Shown one piece after another: positions 1 to 10,660 of a DNA stretch of 64,000 nucleotides; the stretch's first letter is position 1; each line of letters starts with the position of its first letter. Origin of the DNA: Eukaryota sp. TZLM1-RC (lineage: Eukaryota; Protista; Metamonada: BaSk clade); NCBI GenBank assembly GCA_040285825.1, contig JAUPSS010000008.1, forward strand, positions 1,286,996 through 1,350,995, read 5' to 3'. The notes below the pieces were generated by a model, which was given only the letters and a program-made list of their open reading frames with translations, was not told the origin of the DNA and did not search any database. Made by a program: the position numbers and the translations under genes.

Positions 1-96
1 AATTTTGCTCTTTCAAAGTCAGAAAAATCAAACGTGCCAGAATGTCATCACTTTTATTAGAGAACTTATCTAATTTGAAGGTATGGTTAAAAAACG

Positions 97-1570
97 ACGT
101 AGCAACCTTTTTAAAATAAACAGGACATTTTGCTGAAGTGAAAGCCTCATTAATCATCAATACTTCAAATCCATTTTAGTTCAGAAATTGAATCCATCCA
201 ATTCCTCCAGTAGGTCTGTGATGTTTCAAATTCTTGGAACCTTTTTTTACCATAATCACCCATTAGAATGAAAGTGTCTTTGGGATTGCGAAACTGCTGA
301 ACAAGGCTTTTTAACAACCAACTTTCAATCTTTTGCTTGTGAATAAAAGCTTGCAATTTATGAATGCTCCACAAGTCAAGACTGTAAAAGTCAATTGTCA
401 AAAAGACTTGCCGAAGATTGGCAACCGCAAAGTTGGAAAAATCTATAAAAGATGCTGAATTGGATTCAGCAATTCAGCAAACGCGGACAATTCGATGTTT
501 GTATCTTCAATTGTCATTTCGTTAGACTCTATCATTTGGTTCCTGTCGTAATCTACCTCAGTGTACTTTGTAGCCCATCGTTTTGGTTTTCCATTCATCC
601 TACTTTTCAAAGACCAGGACATCTGAGTCATTCTCAACCATTTGAATTTCTTGTCTTGATTCATCACCCGACTATTTCTTTGCTGTTCAGTTTCATGTTC
701 AGGTACCATGGCTAATTCTTGATCCGTTTTTTTACCCCCAAAATACAATAAATCACGTTTTCCAGGATCACAAACAACAATTTGTTTGTCTTGAAAAGTA
801 TCAACATCAACATCATCAATATAAAAATCAGAAATACTAGCCTTGTTGTCTCGCTTACATTTCTGACCTTGTAAATCCCGACGAACAAATTCCACTGCAA
901 TATAAAATCCATCTGTGGATAATGTTGTTGAATTTATAAATCTTTTGGTTGAACATTGGTTGGTTTAAATCTAGAATATTAGGCCAAAAGTCAGATTGCT
1001 CAGGTGGTTTGAATTTCGTAATTTGGGCTAGTGTATTGAACATTTTCAGTGTCTGTGTAGATGATAAATCATCAATTAATGTTTGGTTAACAATTCTCCA
1101 TAATGTTCTTGTATCAATAGGAAAATATCCAGGGCCTACAGTGGTTGAAACAGAAAGAAATATGATAATGTTTTCTCTCTTTCTACTGGAGATTTATTGA
1201 GCAATTGTAATTGCTGGTTTTAAGAATACTTCATGATCTTTTTCAACAGCGTCTGCAAGAAACTCTATATCCACTGGAAACATGATGTAAACTAAATTCT
1301 CGCCAGTGACCAAACTCTCAATTTGACAAATAATTGGTTCAATAAGACCTTCAAATATGTATCTAAGTTCATTATTTGTTGTATCATATTGTTCACATAA
1401 ATCGAAAAATTCATCATTCAGAACGTCTGCAGTATTTTCAGGATGATGAAATAAAGAACTCAAGCAATCTCTATCATCTAAAAACAAGTTATTGAATTGA
1501 CGAAGCCTAAATCTATATAGTGAAATAATTGTAGATAATGGCGTTGAGTAGCCACAGAATACAAAAATAT
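97..1570 (-). pseudogene. Fanzor1 (TnpB-like RuvC nuclease) family F1, copy 1: central/C-terminal part, frameshifted, truncated after the RuvC-II motif
   Basis: Joined frames give GYFPIDTRTL, KFNNIIH(T)DG, IVVCDPGKRDLLY (RuvC-I D), ILMGDYG and LMINEAFTSAKCP (RuvC-II E plus Zn-finger start). Homologous to 44600-46845(+). Confidence 0.85.
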
Positions 1571-1571
1571 A

Positions 1572-4500
1572 ATGGCAAAACCTCGCACAGAACGTGACGA
1601 TTTTTTGGGGAATAACGCCACCCTCGATAACAAAGGATTCAGAATTCGGTGGTTAGAGGTAATGGAAGTTGGTACCGACTTCTCTGGGAAACTAGATAGT
1701 CCCGAGAACGTCCGCCTCCTACCTGACTGGTTCAGAGTTGGTATAGACAAAATTTACGAAGAGCTTAGCGCCCCCGGAGAGGACTATACGGTAGTTAGAG
1801 AGGTTCATGAATACTACCCAGTCTCACATAGACCAAATTACGTTGAAATGAGACCAGCCTCACAACCTTTCAGGCTCATATATGAAGAATTAGGGGTCAC
1901 TTATAGACGAGATGATATAAACATGACGACAGCAGTCATTTCCACATACAGGTCTCCTCCTAATAACAGGAACCTCCAAACAGGCGATTCATGGGTACAG
2001 AACAAGGTTTTCACCTTCACCCCCATCATTGGTTTAGAGAATACACCCTTCAAGAGCATCAGGCCTTTCCGGCCCTCAATTCAACTAAATTTCCAAGATG
2101 AATCGAAATCAGTTCAGGAGCTGCATGTAGACACCTTACCCCAACCAAACACAGGACCAATAGGGTTAGACGTCCTCACAATCCAACCTGGTGATTCATC
2201 ACAACCGATGGAAGGAGTTCCACAATCCTCGGTTGACACCACACACACAACGGGACAAGGTCTTAGTTTACAAGATCTACAGGCAACTGGATCTCAACAA
2301 CAACACAGTCAAAACCCACTCGATCCACGCCTCATATTAAATCAAAACTTACAGTCCCATGTTGGTTATCATTACAGAACTAAGGCCATAGAACATGCAA
2401 CCATACACGAGCCCCCTAGACTCGAATTCCCTGAAACTCAGATGAAAATAGTACATTTCCTCATGGAATTCGCCCTCTGGGACACAACTGGTAGAGACGG
2501 AGCTCAAAACGTCGATCAAATACAGATCCCACAATCCAGCACCCCTCAACAACAAGAACAAATAACGAAGATGATAACCAGTTTAGCTCAGTTGATCTCA
2601 GTACAGAGTGGAGACTCATCTCACATTCAGCAACAAATAGACGATTTACAGTCCAAATTGAATAATATGGAAACACCAAAATTATACAGAATAGATCAAA
2701 GCTTCATAAAAAAGATAGGGGTACCTGTTCACTCTTATGATCTTTTTAGATCAGTCTTATCAACAGTGAATCCCCAGGGAATCTCAGGTTGCATCCATGC
2801 CAGAATTATATCTTTCTGGAAACAACAACAACTCGTGAGCATGGAACCTACAGATGCCGAAATATTATTACTACTGTGTAGGAGAAGCCAGTTCACATCA
2901 TTACATGATGCAAAATTAGCTCTTTTTAAACCTAAATTCAACTGGCAAAAGGTAAGTACATCCGCCGACGCAGAAAGAGAATACGCGATTTATATGGAAA
3001 ATTTTGGAGACATCTTAAGGATGTGCACATACATATCCGACCCATCGGCCAGAATTGAAGAACTCGATTTTTCAAGAGGGGTATTTACACTGCCAATGTC
3101 GACCGTAGCTAACGACTTCTTAACAGGTCTGGACAACTTGGCATTAACGAGCAATTTATTCGAGATTTACGGTAAACAATCTTTTTGGAACGACAAACTA
3201 GTCTCGTTCAACGATTTAACCAAAGTGGCCAGAGAGAAACTTTTGTATTGGATGCAAGCCGCACCGAACAAGGAAACCATCCAACTACTGAGAAAAGAGG
3301 CGAACAAACCTAAATTAGAAACAGGAGAATTTCATTCGTCAGAAAGGAAAAGGAGAACCGACCCTGAAGACCAACAATTCCCTCAATTGAAAAAAGGTAA
3401 ACACACCAGAGGGGGACAGAAATTTTGTACCTTTTGTCAAATCCCAGGTCATATTATAACAGAATGTAGGGACCCAACCTGTAGTCGCTCATTGGTCCCT
3501 ATGAATCAAAGAAAAGGCGCCGGCTATGGTAGAGGCCGTGAAAACTTTAGTAGAGGCAGTAGAGGCAATTTTAGTGGCCGAAGTAGAGGCCGTGGTAATT
3601 TGTATAGAGGAACTAGGGGCCGACGTGGCCGTGGTAATAGAGGTAATACATATCGTGGATATAACGTCCTTAATAACAAGTTTAATAGCAAAAACAAATC
3701 ATCGCATGTTACAGCTCCCGAATTGAATCAGATTTGTTCTTCTACTCAATCGGACAATTCAGCTCAAACAGCCCTCTTAAATCCACTCTCTTTCTTGAAC
3801 AATGGAAATAGCAACATAAATAATCAGATTAATGTAATAAATAATACAGAAAGAGATTTATGCAACCGAACAGGTAACACTGCTCCTTGTATAAACCACA
3901 ACAGATCCCAGCAGCCTCAGTTTTTAGAACTTCAGGTAAGAATTAACAGTACAGTCATAAAAGGCATGATAGATACAGCTGCATATTGTTCTGTCATTTC
4001 CCTAGACCTAGCAAATCTGTGTTCAATGTCCATCAATGAAAACGACATCACACAATTCATCCCTGCTAGTAACGTATCGACCAATTCGCTTGGAAGTGCA
4101 CAAGGCATTCTGACGTTCAATGTTGGTAGCATCGCGAACCAAGTTTCAATAAATCATACTCTCCCCATAATCCCGGGTTCAAACAAATTTTTAATTGGGG
4201 TAGACATGTTACAACAACTTGGGTTATTGACATCTGACCGTTTAGTAATTGTACTAGACGAAGAGCGCCGCACTTTACTAAATGCTGAAACCGAATTTGA
4301 TAACAGAATTAAAACTCACCAAATCGGTCATGTAGAATCTATTCCCAGCAGTGAAGAAGATTTTACCCAGCAATTAGATAGATCTGGATGTGAGATTAAA
4401 TTAGATGATAGTGAGTATAATAAGAGTTTGTCTGATATATTAGCTCAATACAAGGACGTATTCAGCGAAACGCCCAATAAAGAAGGCATCGATTGTCCAC

Positions 4501-5672
4501 CCATGTCAATCCCCTTCTATAATCCTAACGCTATTGTACATAAACCAGCAAGGGGTCTCAACCCAAAGAAATTACAAATAGCTAACCAAATTTTTGACGA
4601 ATTAATCGAAATGGGCTATTCAATTGAATCGAACTATAAATTCAGTTCCCCTATTGTATTAGTAATATACCCTGATGATCGAAAACCGAGGTTGACAGGC
4701 GATTTCAGCGGTAAAGATGGTGTTAACGCTCTTACTATTCCAGTTGAGTCTAACTTACCATTAATTTCGGATGTTTTGGAATTTCTAAGTCAAGCCAACT
4801 ACATCGCCACTTTGGACCTTCCAAGAGCTTTTTGGCAGATGAAAGTCGCTGACGAGGATATTGAAAAGACATCCATCTCTATCTCTGGCAGATCCATTAT
4901 GTTTAAAAGGGCATGTTTCGGATTAAAGAATATCCCAGCAATTTTTCAAAATGTTATGATGGAAATTTTTCAGATAGACGGAGTGTTCATATATATTGAT
5001 GACATAATCACAATTGGGTCAACCCTTCAACAATTTTTAGAAAGAATTCAAAGGGTACTGCAATGCGCAAGGGATAGAAGAGTCAACATTGGATTAAAAA
5101 AATGTAAATTCGTTACTGACAAACAACCAATTGACATTTTAGGCAGCACTTTCCAATATAAACAACGTAAAATTAGTCAAAAACGAGTCGATGCTTTAAT
5201 TAACATCCCTGCTCCAAAAACAATAAAAGAAGTTCGGTCATTAGTCGGCTCAGTCAATTTCATCAGAGACTGGCTCCCAAACATTTCACAACTAATTGCA
5301 CCCATAAACGAATTAATCAAACACAAACAACGCCGTGTCAACTGGGAAACCAAACACGACCAACTATTAGAACAAATAAAAGAATTAATCATTAATCATA
5401 TGCCTCTGGAATTACCATCACCAGACAAACGCATTTTGATAAGCACCGATGCATCAGACATCGCAGTAGGAGGAGTTCTCTGGCAAGAGGTCGAACCATA
5501 TGCACCCATAGGAACTGCATTAAAAGATAGAAAAGTAAAACCAATCTCTTTTTACAGTAGAATATTAACTGATACTCAAAAACGTTGGTCAACATTACAA
5601 AAGGAACTATACGTAATATTATTAATACTAAGAGAAAGCCATTTAGAAAGCTTCATCATCACTCGACACTAA
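1572..5672 (+). CDS. Gypsy gag-pol polyprotein, part 1 (Gag, aspartic protease, RT, RNase H); ends at a premature TAA
   Basis: Zn knuckle CTFCQIPGHIITEC plus RGG tract; protease MIDTAA; RT LDLPRAFWQ, CFGLKN, YIDD; RNase H TDASDIAVGGVLWQ. The TAA and a 1-nt deletion interrupt the xTIFTDHRN motif. Confidence 0.9.
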   Translation: MAKPRTERDDFLGNNATLDNKGFRIRWLEVMEVGTDFSGKLDSPENVRLLPDWFRVGIDKIYEELSAPGEDYTVVREVHEYYPVSHRPNYVEMRPASQPFRLIYEELGVTYRRDDINMTTAVISTYRSPPNNRNLQTGDSWVQNKVFTFTPIIGLENTPFKSIRPFRPSIQLNFQDESKSVQELHVDTLPQPNTGPIGLDVLTIQPGDSSQPMEGVPQSSVDTTHTTGQGLSLQDLQATGSQQQHSQNPLDPRLILNQNLQSHVGYHYRTKAIEHATIHEPPRLEFPETQMKIVHFLMEFALWDTTGRDGAQNVDQIQIPQSSTPQQQEQITKMITSLAQLISVQSGDSSHIQQQIDDLQSKLNNMETPKLYRIDQSFIKKIGVPVHSYDLFRSVLSTVNPQGISGCIHARIISFWKQQQLVSMEPTDAEILLLLCRRSQFTSLHDAKLALFKPKFNWQKVSTSADAEREYAIYMENFGDILRMCTYISDPSARIEELDFSRGVFTLPMSTVANDFLTGLDNLALTSNLFEIYGKQSFWNDKLVSFNDLTKVAREKLLYWMQAAPNKETIQLLRKEANKPKLETGEFHSSERKRRTDPEDQQFPQLKKGKHTRGGQKFCTFCQIPGHIITECRDPTCSRSLVPMNQRKGAGYGRGRENFSRGSRGNFSGRSRGRGNLYRGTRGRRGRGNRGNTYRGYNVLNNKFNSKNKSSHVTAPELNQICSSTQSDNSAQTALLNPLSFLNNGNSNINNQINVINNTERDLCNRTGNTAPCINHNRSQQPQFLELQVRINSTVIKGMIDTAAYCSVISLDLANLCSMSINENDITQFIPASNVSTNSLGSAQGILTFNVGSIANQVSINHTLPIIPGSNKFLIGVDMLQQLGLLTSDRLVIVLDEERRTLLNAETEFDNRIKTHQIGHVESIPSSEEDFTQQLDRSGCEIKLDDSEYNKSLSDILAQYKDVFSETPNKEGIDCPPMSIPFYNPNAIVHKPARGLNPKKLQIANQIFDELIEMGYSIESNYKFSSPIVLVIYPDDRKPRLTGDFSGKDGVNALTIPVESNLPLISDVLEFLSQANYIATLDLPRAFWQMKVADEDIEKTSISISGRSIMFKRACFGLKNIPAIFQNVMMEIFQIDGVFIYIDDIITIGSTLQQFLERIQRVLQCARDRRVNIGLKKCKFVTDKQPIDILGSTFQYKQRKISQKRVDALINIPAPKTIKEVRSLVGSVNFIRDWLPNISQLIAPINELIKHKQRRVNWETKHDQLLEQIKELIINHMPLELPSPDKRILISTDASDIAVGGVLWQEVEPYAPIGTALKDRKVKPISFYSRILTDTQKRWSTLQKELYVILLILRESHLESFIITRH

Positions 5673-7492
5673 ACCATATTCACAGACCACGAAATATTGC
5701 GTTCCTCGCCACAGCTCCAGAAAAGAACAGAATAGTCAAAAGATGGTTACCTATTTTATCAGAATTTGTTTTTGATATAGTACATGAGAAAGGAGAAGAC
5801 AATCACTGGGCAGACATGATGTCACGAAACATTGATGACAATTCAGTAATACCAGAATTAAATCACATCAGTCACCCACACGATTCTTACTGGCACGGTG
5901 AAATTCCACCCCCAGATGACGATTCCGACTATGAAAGTCCAGAACCAATCCACATTCTCGAATTATCAAGACACCCAGATTTACCAATCTTTTCAAATTG
6001 GTTATCCAAAATAAGAGCAGAACAACAACTGGCCATTAGCAATCACGATCCATTATTCAAAAACGCCACACTCTGCAGAAACACTGAAATCTGGCTTAAT
6101 AATAATAATAAAATGATAATACCGACCAAACTAAGAAAAACAGCACTCAATCTAATACACGGATTAACACAATCAGGCCACCCAAGCAAAAACGAAAGTC
6201 TTCACAAGCTTTCCAAAAGTGATTTTTACTGGCCAAACATGAGAAAAGACCTCATCAAACACATCGAAAAATGTCCTACTTGTCAAAAAACAGCCCCCAT
6301 AAAACAATCAAAGACTCCCTCAACGGGCTCACTGTGGGCAAATCGTCCATTTGCTAAACTAAATGTAGACACAATTGGACCTCTGAATAAAAATAATAAT
6401 GATAATAAATACTTATTAGTTTTCGTCGACAGTTTCACTAGATATACAATACTAGTGCCACTGAAAGAACTCAATGCTTTAGAAGTGGCAGATGCATTAA
6501 TTTGGAATATCTGTGCAATATTCGGCATACCTATGGCTATACATAGTGATAATGGCCCAGAGTTCGCCAATGAAACATTCAAATTGCTATGCCAGAGAAT
6601 GTCAATTGAAGTCACAAATTCAATTCCATATCACTCTGAAAGTAATGGATTGGTAGAAAGGAAACATAGGGATGTAATTCAATGTATAAGAAGATTATTA
6701 ATAGATTACAACGACTATGACGCTTGGTCCACATATGTCCCAATTACACAGTTATTAATTAACTCAACCAAAAGCAGAATCACAAACCACACCCCCTATG
6801 AATTGATTTTCGGGTCATCTATCAGCCCTAGATCAGACCCTGCTAACATCCTTGGTGGCATATTCGATTTTGAATCCAATGTCCCACTTTTACAAGACCT
6901 CAAACTTAAAACTGATCGTCTCCAAAAGAAATGGGAGGAAGCAGAGAACCACCAATTATTAAACAAACCCAGTCAGAATAATATTAATAATAATACAGAA
7001 ACCACATTTAATATTGGTGACTATATTCTTCGAAAAGCTAAGCAAAACAGCAAATTGCATGGATCCTGGTTAGGCCCATTTTTAATTATAGAAAACCCAT
7101 CCAATTCCACATTGACAGTTAAGAACCTGACGACTGGTGATGAGACAAAGGTATCAAAGAGGGACTGCAAAATATACAACGCTGACGATCCTAACGATGT
7201 TGATTTACTCAGGGCAATCGCACTCACCGATTCAGGTAAACATGTCATCGAAAAAATCCTTGAGGCATATAAAACATCTCAGGGACCCTTCTGTACTGTG
7301 AAATGGTTTGGTGGAGAAACTACCGAGGAACCACTCCATTCGATCAGATATTCAGAAGCGTATAAGCGATTTATTAGTAAGCCAAATAAAAGAAAACGCA
7401 AAGCTAATATATCCAATAGCTCGTCTCAGGCTCTCCCCGTGCCTCGACAAAAGCGATATCCGCAAAGGAAGCGGAACAACAATAGTAAGTAA
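5585..7492 (+). CDS. Gypsy pol, part 2 (RNase H end, integrase, C-terminal chromodomain-like region); frameshifted continuation of part 1
   Basis: HHCC (H..SGH...CPTC); DDE core VDTIGP / SDNGPEF / GLVER; GPF motif; VIEKIL...TVKWFG...EEP chromo-like segment. Confidence 0.9.
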   Translation: MVNITKGTIRNIINTKRKPFRKLHHHSTLNHIHRPRNIAFLATAPEKNRIVKRWLPILSEFVFDIVHEKGEDNHWADMMSRNIDDNSVIPELNHISHPHDSYWHGEIPPPDDDSDYESPEPIHILELSRHPDLPIFSNWLSKIRAEQQLAISNHDPLFKNATLCRNTEIWLNNNNKMIIPTKLRKTALNLIHGLTQSGHPSKNESLHKLSKSDFYWPNMRKDLIKHIEKCPTCQKTAPIKQSKTPSTGSLWANRPFAKLNVDTIGPLNKNNNDNKYLLVFVDSFTRYTILVPLKELNALEVADALIWNICAIFGIPMAIHSDNGPEFANETFKLLCQRMSIEVTNSIPYHSESNGLVERKHRDVIQCIRRLLIDYNDYDAWSTYVPITQLLINSTKSRITNHTPYELIFGSSISPRSDPANILGGIFDFESNVPLLQDLKLKTDRLQKKWEEAENHQLLNKPSQNNINNNTETTFNIGDYILRKAKQNSKLHGSWLGPFLIIENPSNSTLTVKNLTTGDETKVSKRDCKIYNADDPNDVDLLRAIALTDSGKHVIEKILEAYKTSQGPFCTVKWFGGETTEEPLHSIRYSEAYKRFISKPNKRKRKANISNSSSQALPVPRQKRYPQRKRNNNSK

Positions 7493-7520
7493 TTTTAATT
7501 AACGAAACGGGAGAAGGTAG

Positions 7521-7626
7521 TGTAGGTATCTCACTAGTGAGTACCGTTATATAGAATGACATTTAATAAAATTAACTTTATCTTAACTCTCTTTACATCC
7601 AGCTAGCATAATGCCCAACGGCAACA
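7521..7626 (+). repeat. 3' LTR of Gypsy A (106 bp, TGT...ACA)
   Basis: Follows the purine tract GAAACGGGAGAAGGTAG; homologous in inverted orientation to 10539-10659. Confidence 0.9.
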
Positions 7627-10554
7627 GATGTTCATTTCCTCTCGTACCATGGCCACCTCGGCTCCTATATCTACCTGGGCCTCTACTATGGCCTCTATGA
7701 ATATTTTTGAAACTATCATAACTACCTCTGAATGGTCTACCTCGGCCTTTACTTCTGCCGGCGCTTCTTCGTTGATTTAATGGGACCAGAGATCTGGTGC
7801 ATCCGGGATCTTCACATTCTGCAATTACATGGCCTGGTTTCTGACAAAAAGTACAGAACTTTTGGCCTCCTCTGTAATGTTTTTCTTTTTTAAGGTTAGG
7901 GATGGATGAATCTGGTTGGCTTGTTCTCTTTTTTTCGGCTGAGGTGTGAAAATCACCTGTTTCTAATTTGGGTCTGGATGCAGCCTTCCTCAATAGCTAG
8001 ACCGTTTCCCTATTTTGCGCAACATTCATCCAAGATAATAAATCATTTCGCACCTTCCTTGTTAATTGGGGGAAGCTCACTAGCTTGTCCTTCCAATAGC
8101 TCTCTTTACAGAATTCTTCGAACAGGGGCTCAGTGAAAGTCAAGTTGTTGATGCCTGTTAAAAAGGCATGAGCCACTGTTGACATTGGAAGAGTGAATAC
8201 TCCACTCGAGTGATCCACATCTTCGATCCTAGCTGATACATCAGTGATGTATGTAGACATTCTCAGGATGTCTCCAAAATTTTCCATGTATATTGCAAAC
8301 TCCCTTTCTGCGTCTTCGATTGAATTGACCTTACGCCAATTGAAATGGGGTTTGTGTAGAGCTAATTTGGCGTCGTGGAGCGAGTTGAATTGGCTCCTCC
8401 TACAAAGAAGCAGTAAAATTTCTGCGTCTGTAGGTTCCATGCTAAGGATCTGTTGTTGTTTCCAGAAGGAAATGATTCTTGCACTGATGCAACCCGAAAT
8501 TCCCAGGTGGTTGGTCGTCGCCAAAATGGACCTAAAAAGGTCGTAAGCATGAATAGGTGGCCCAATTTTGTTAATGAAATTGGGGTCTATTCTGTAGATT
8601 TTGGGCGTCCGAAGTCAAGCTGAGACTTGAACGAATCTATTTGTTGTTGTATCTCAGTTGTAGCACCTCCTTGTATTGCTAGTAACTGAGATAGACTGTT
8701 GACCATGTCAGCAATTTGTTTCTGCTGCTGAGCTGAACTTGTTTGAGGCATTTCTATTTTCTCGACATTTGTCGTTCCTCCTCTGCCTGTACTGTCCCAG
8801 AGAGCGAATTCCAGTAGAAAGTGTACTATTTTCATTTGAGTTTCTGGAAACTCGAGTCTGGGGGGCTCATGAAGCGTATCGTGTTCTACAGCCTTTGTTT
8901 TATAGTGGTATCCAACGTGAGATTGTAGATTTAAGTCAAGAACTTGGCGTGGATCATGGATTCCGGCTAATGTTCCTGATCGAGATGAGGAGAGATCTTG
9001 TCTGCTCAATCCTGGACCTGTTTGATGTGAGGTCGATTCTTCCATTGGGACAGATGAGTCCGTTGGTTGGATGGTGAGGACGTCCATGGGAATGGCCTGA
9101 TTACCAGGCTGCAGTAGTTGGTCAATTTGTAGTTTTTGAAGAGGTTTCGGTTCCTCTTGAATGTTAAGCTGAATGGATGGCCTGAAAGGTCTAATGCTTT
9201 GAAAAGGCGTATCCTCTATACCTAATATTGGGGTGAAGGCGAAAGCCTTGTTATTAACCCAAGTGCCCCCAATTTGTACATTGTGGTGATTGGGGGGAGA
9301 CCTATAGGTGGAGATGACTGCCGTTTTCATGTTGGCATGATCTTGTTTGAAGGTGACTCCTTGTTCGACGAAAATTAGCCTGAACGGCTGAGATCCGGGT
9401 CTCATCTCAACGAGATCAGGGCTTGATGACGATGTTTAGTATTCGTAAACCTCTCTTACTACCGTATAATCCACTCCAAATATGCTGTTGACTTCATAAA
9501 TTTTGTCCAGACTTGGCCTAAACCAGTCTGGGAGGAGGTGTATGTTCTCAGGTCCATCCAAATTGTTAGAGAAGTCTCGACCATACTCCATGACCTCCAA
9601 CCACCGTATTCTAAAGTTATATATGTCGAGGGTGGCCTTTTTTCCGATAAAATCGAATCTGTCAGCACGAGGCTTGGACATGATGGATTTATAAGAGGAA
9701 TTTAGTGGGGATAGTCGTATTCTGCGTTCAGCAGGTCTACCCGTCAATTCCTTGCTCTCTTTGTCAAGAAGCTCTATAGTATTTTTAAGGACTTGTGAGG
9801 TGAGGGGAACTTCCCTGAATCCTTCTAAAGTCTCGTTTAAGGTTTGTACCGAAACACAGTTTTCTAAGTCTGGGTACAGGGACGTATCTGAAGGGAGAGA
9901 CTCCACAAAGTCTGTTGGCTCTTGTTTCTCACTTTCCTCTTTTGAGAAAGTGGCGAGAAGCGCCTCTAACTCTGGGCTAGTGGCAGGAGGTTTGTTCTGC
10001 GAGACTTTGGCCGTAGTCAAGGCTGTGGTAGCCGTTGAATGGGCGTTGTTGTTGGGAGGGATTACCTCCGGAAGAGTTAGGTTAGGAGTGGGGTTGTGAC
10101 CCGAACTCGGATTTGGAGGAAGGAGTCGAGGTTCTCCGCTCGTATGAATAATAGTGGGGTGTCGGCCCGAACTAAATAAATGTGGAGTGAGGTGGGTTGC
10201 ACCCGAACTCGTCGTTCCTTGAGTGGAGTGTGAAGTACTCGAACTCTCGTCTATGTTTGGACTGGGGTGGGTTGCACCCGAACTTGGTGTTCCATGAGTG
10301 GAGTGTGAAACACTCGAACTCGTTTGACCGGGAGTGGGATGGACTACATCCGAACTCGTTGAGGAAGGAGGGGTACTCGTTTCCTTTGTTGGAGCACTCA
10401 TAGTACTCGAAATTATGTGAAGAGGAGGGTTAGAAAGGTCTCCTCTGAAAGATGTCTGACATACCCCAGACATCTTTTTGTCGTTTACAGCGCTGTTGCT
10501 GTTTGCTGTGTGGTGTGCCTGTGACGCACAATAATTATTGTTGCCGTTAGGCAT
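7627..10554 (-). pseudogene. gag of Gypsy B (two nonsense codons, one frameshift), with a long S/T/P/H-rich N-terminus
   Basis: Collinear with gag A; TAA at 9436, frameshift near 8600, TAG at 7997 where A has Gln. Confidence 0.85.
10100..10410. repeat. Degenerate short repeats (CGAACTCG core) including a ~75-bp duplication in gag B
   Basis: GGGTTGCACCCGAACT..GTTCC.TGAGTGGAGTGTGAA..ACTCGAACTC occurs at about 10193 and 10268. Confidence 0.7.
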
Positions 10555-10659
10555 TATGCTAGCTGTGTATGTATGGGTTAGTTAAGGCGGGTTAAGATAT
10601 AGATAATTTTGTTTAATGTTATTCTATATACTTAGGTACTCACTAGTGAGATACCTACA
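10539..10659 (-). repeat. 5' LTR of Gypsy B (121 bp, TGT...ACA)
   Basis: TGTAGGTATCTCACTAGTGAGTACC...CAGCTAGCATAATGCCTAACGGCAACA, matching LTR A at both ends. Confidence 0.9.
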
Positions 10660-10660
10660 C

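Larger units (their letters stand above)
1571..7626 (+). mobile_element. Ty3/Gypsy LTR retrotransposon A (chromovirus-type), 5'-truncated (no 5' LTR or gag N-terminus)
   Basis: Order is gag-PR-RT-RH-IN-chromodomain, then PPT 7503-7520 and 3' LTR 7521-7626. The left end starts mid-gag relative to paralog B. Confidence 0.93.
7627..10659 (-). mobile_element. Ty3/Gypsy element B (paralog of A): 5' LTR plus disrupted gag only, cut by insertion of A
   Basis: LTR at 10539-10659. Gag fragments 9436-10554, 8587-9405, 7997-8524 and 7627-7993 align with the gag of A, including CTFCQKPGHVIAEC. Confidence 0.9.

Noticed and set aside
5660-5700. Programmed readthrough or frameshift in Gypsy A pol
   Set aside because: It lies inside the RNase H TDHRN motif, not at the gag-pol boundary, and needs both a stop and an indel; decay or sequence error is simpler.
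7521-10659. Inverted terminal repeats suggesting a DIRS-like or TIR element
   Set aside because: They are LTRs of two different Gypsy copies in opposite orientation (PPT before one, gag after the other); the integrase is DDE-type, not a tyrosine recombinase.
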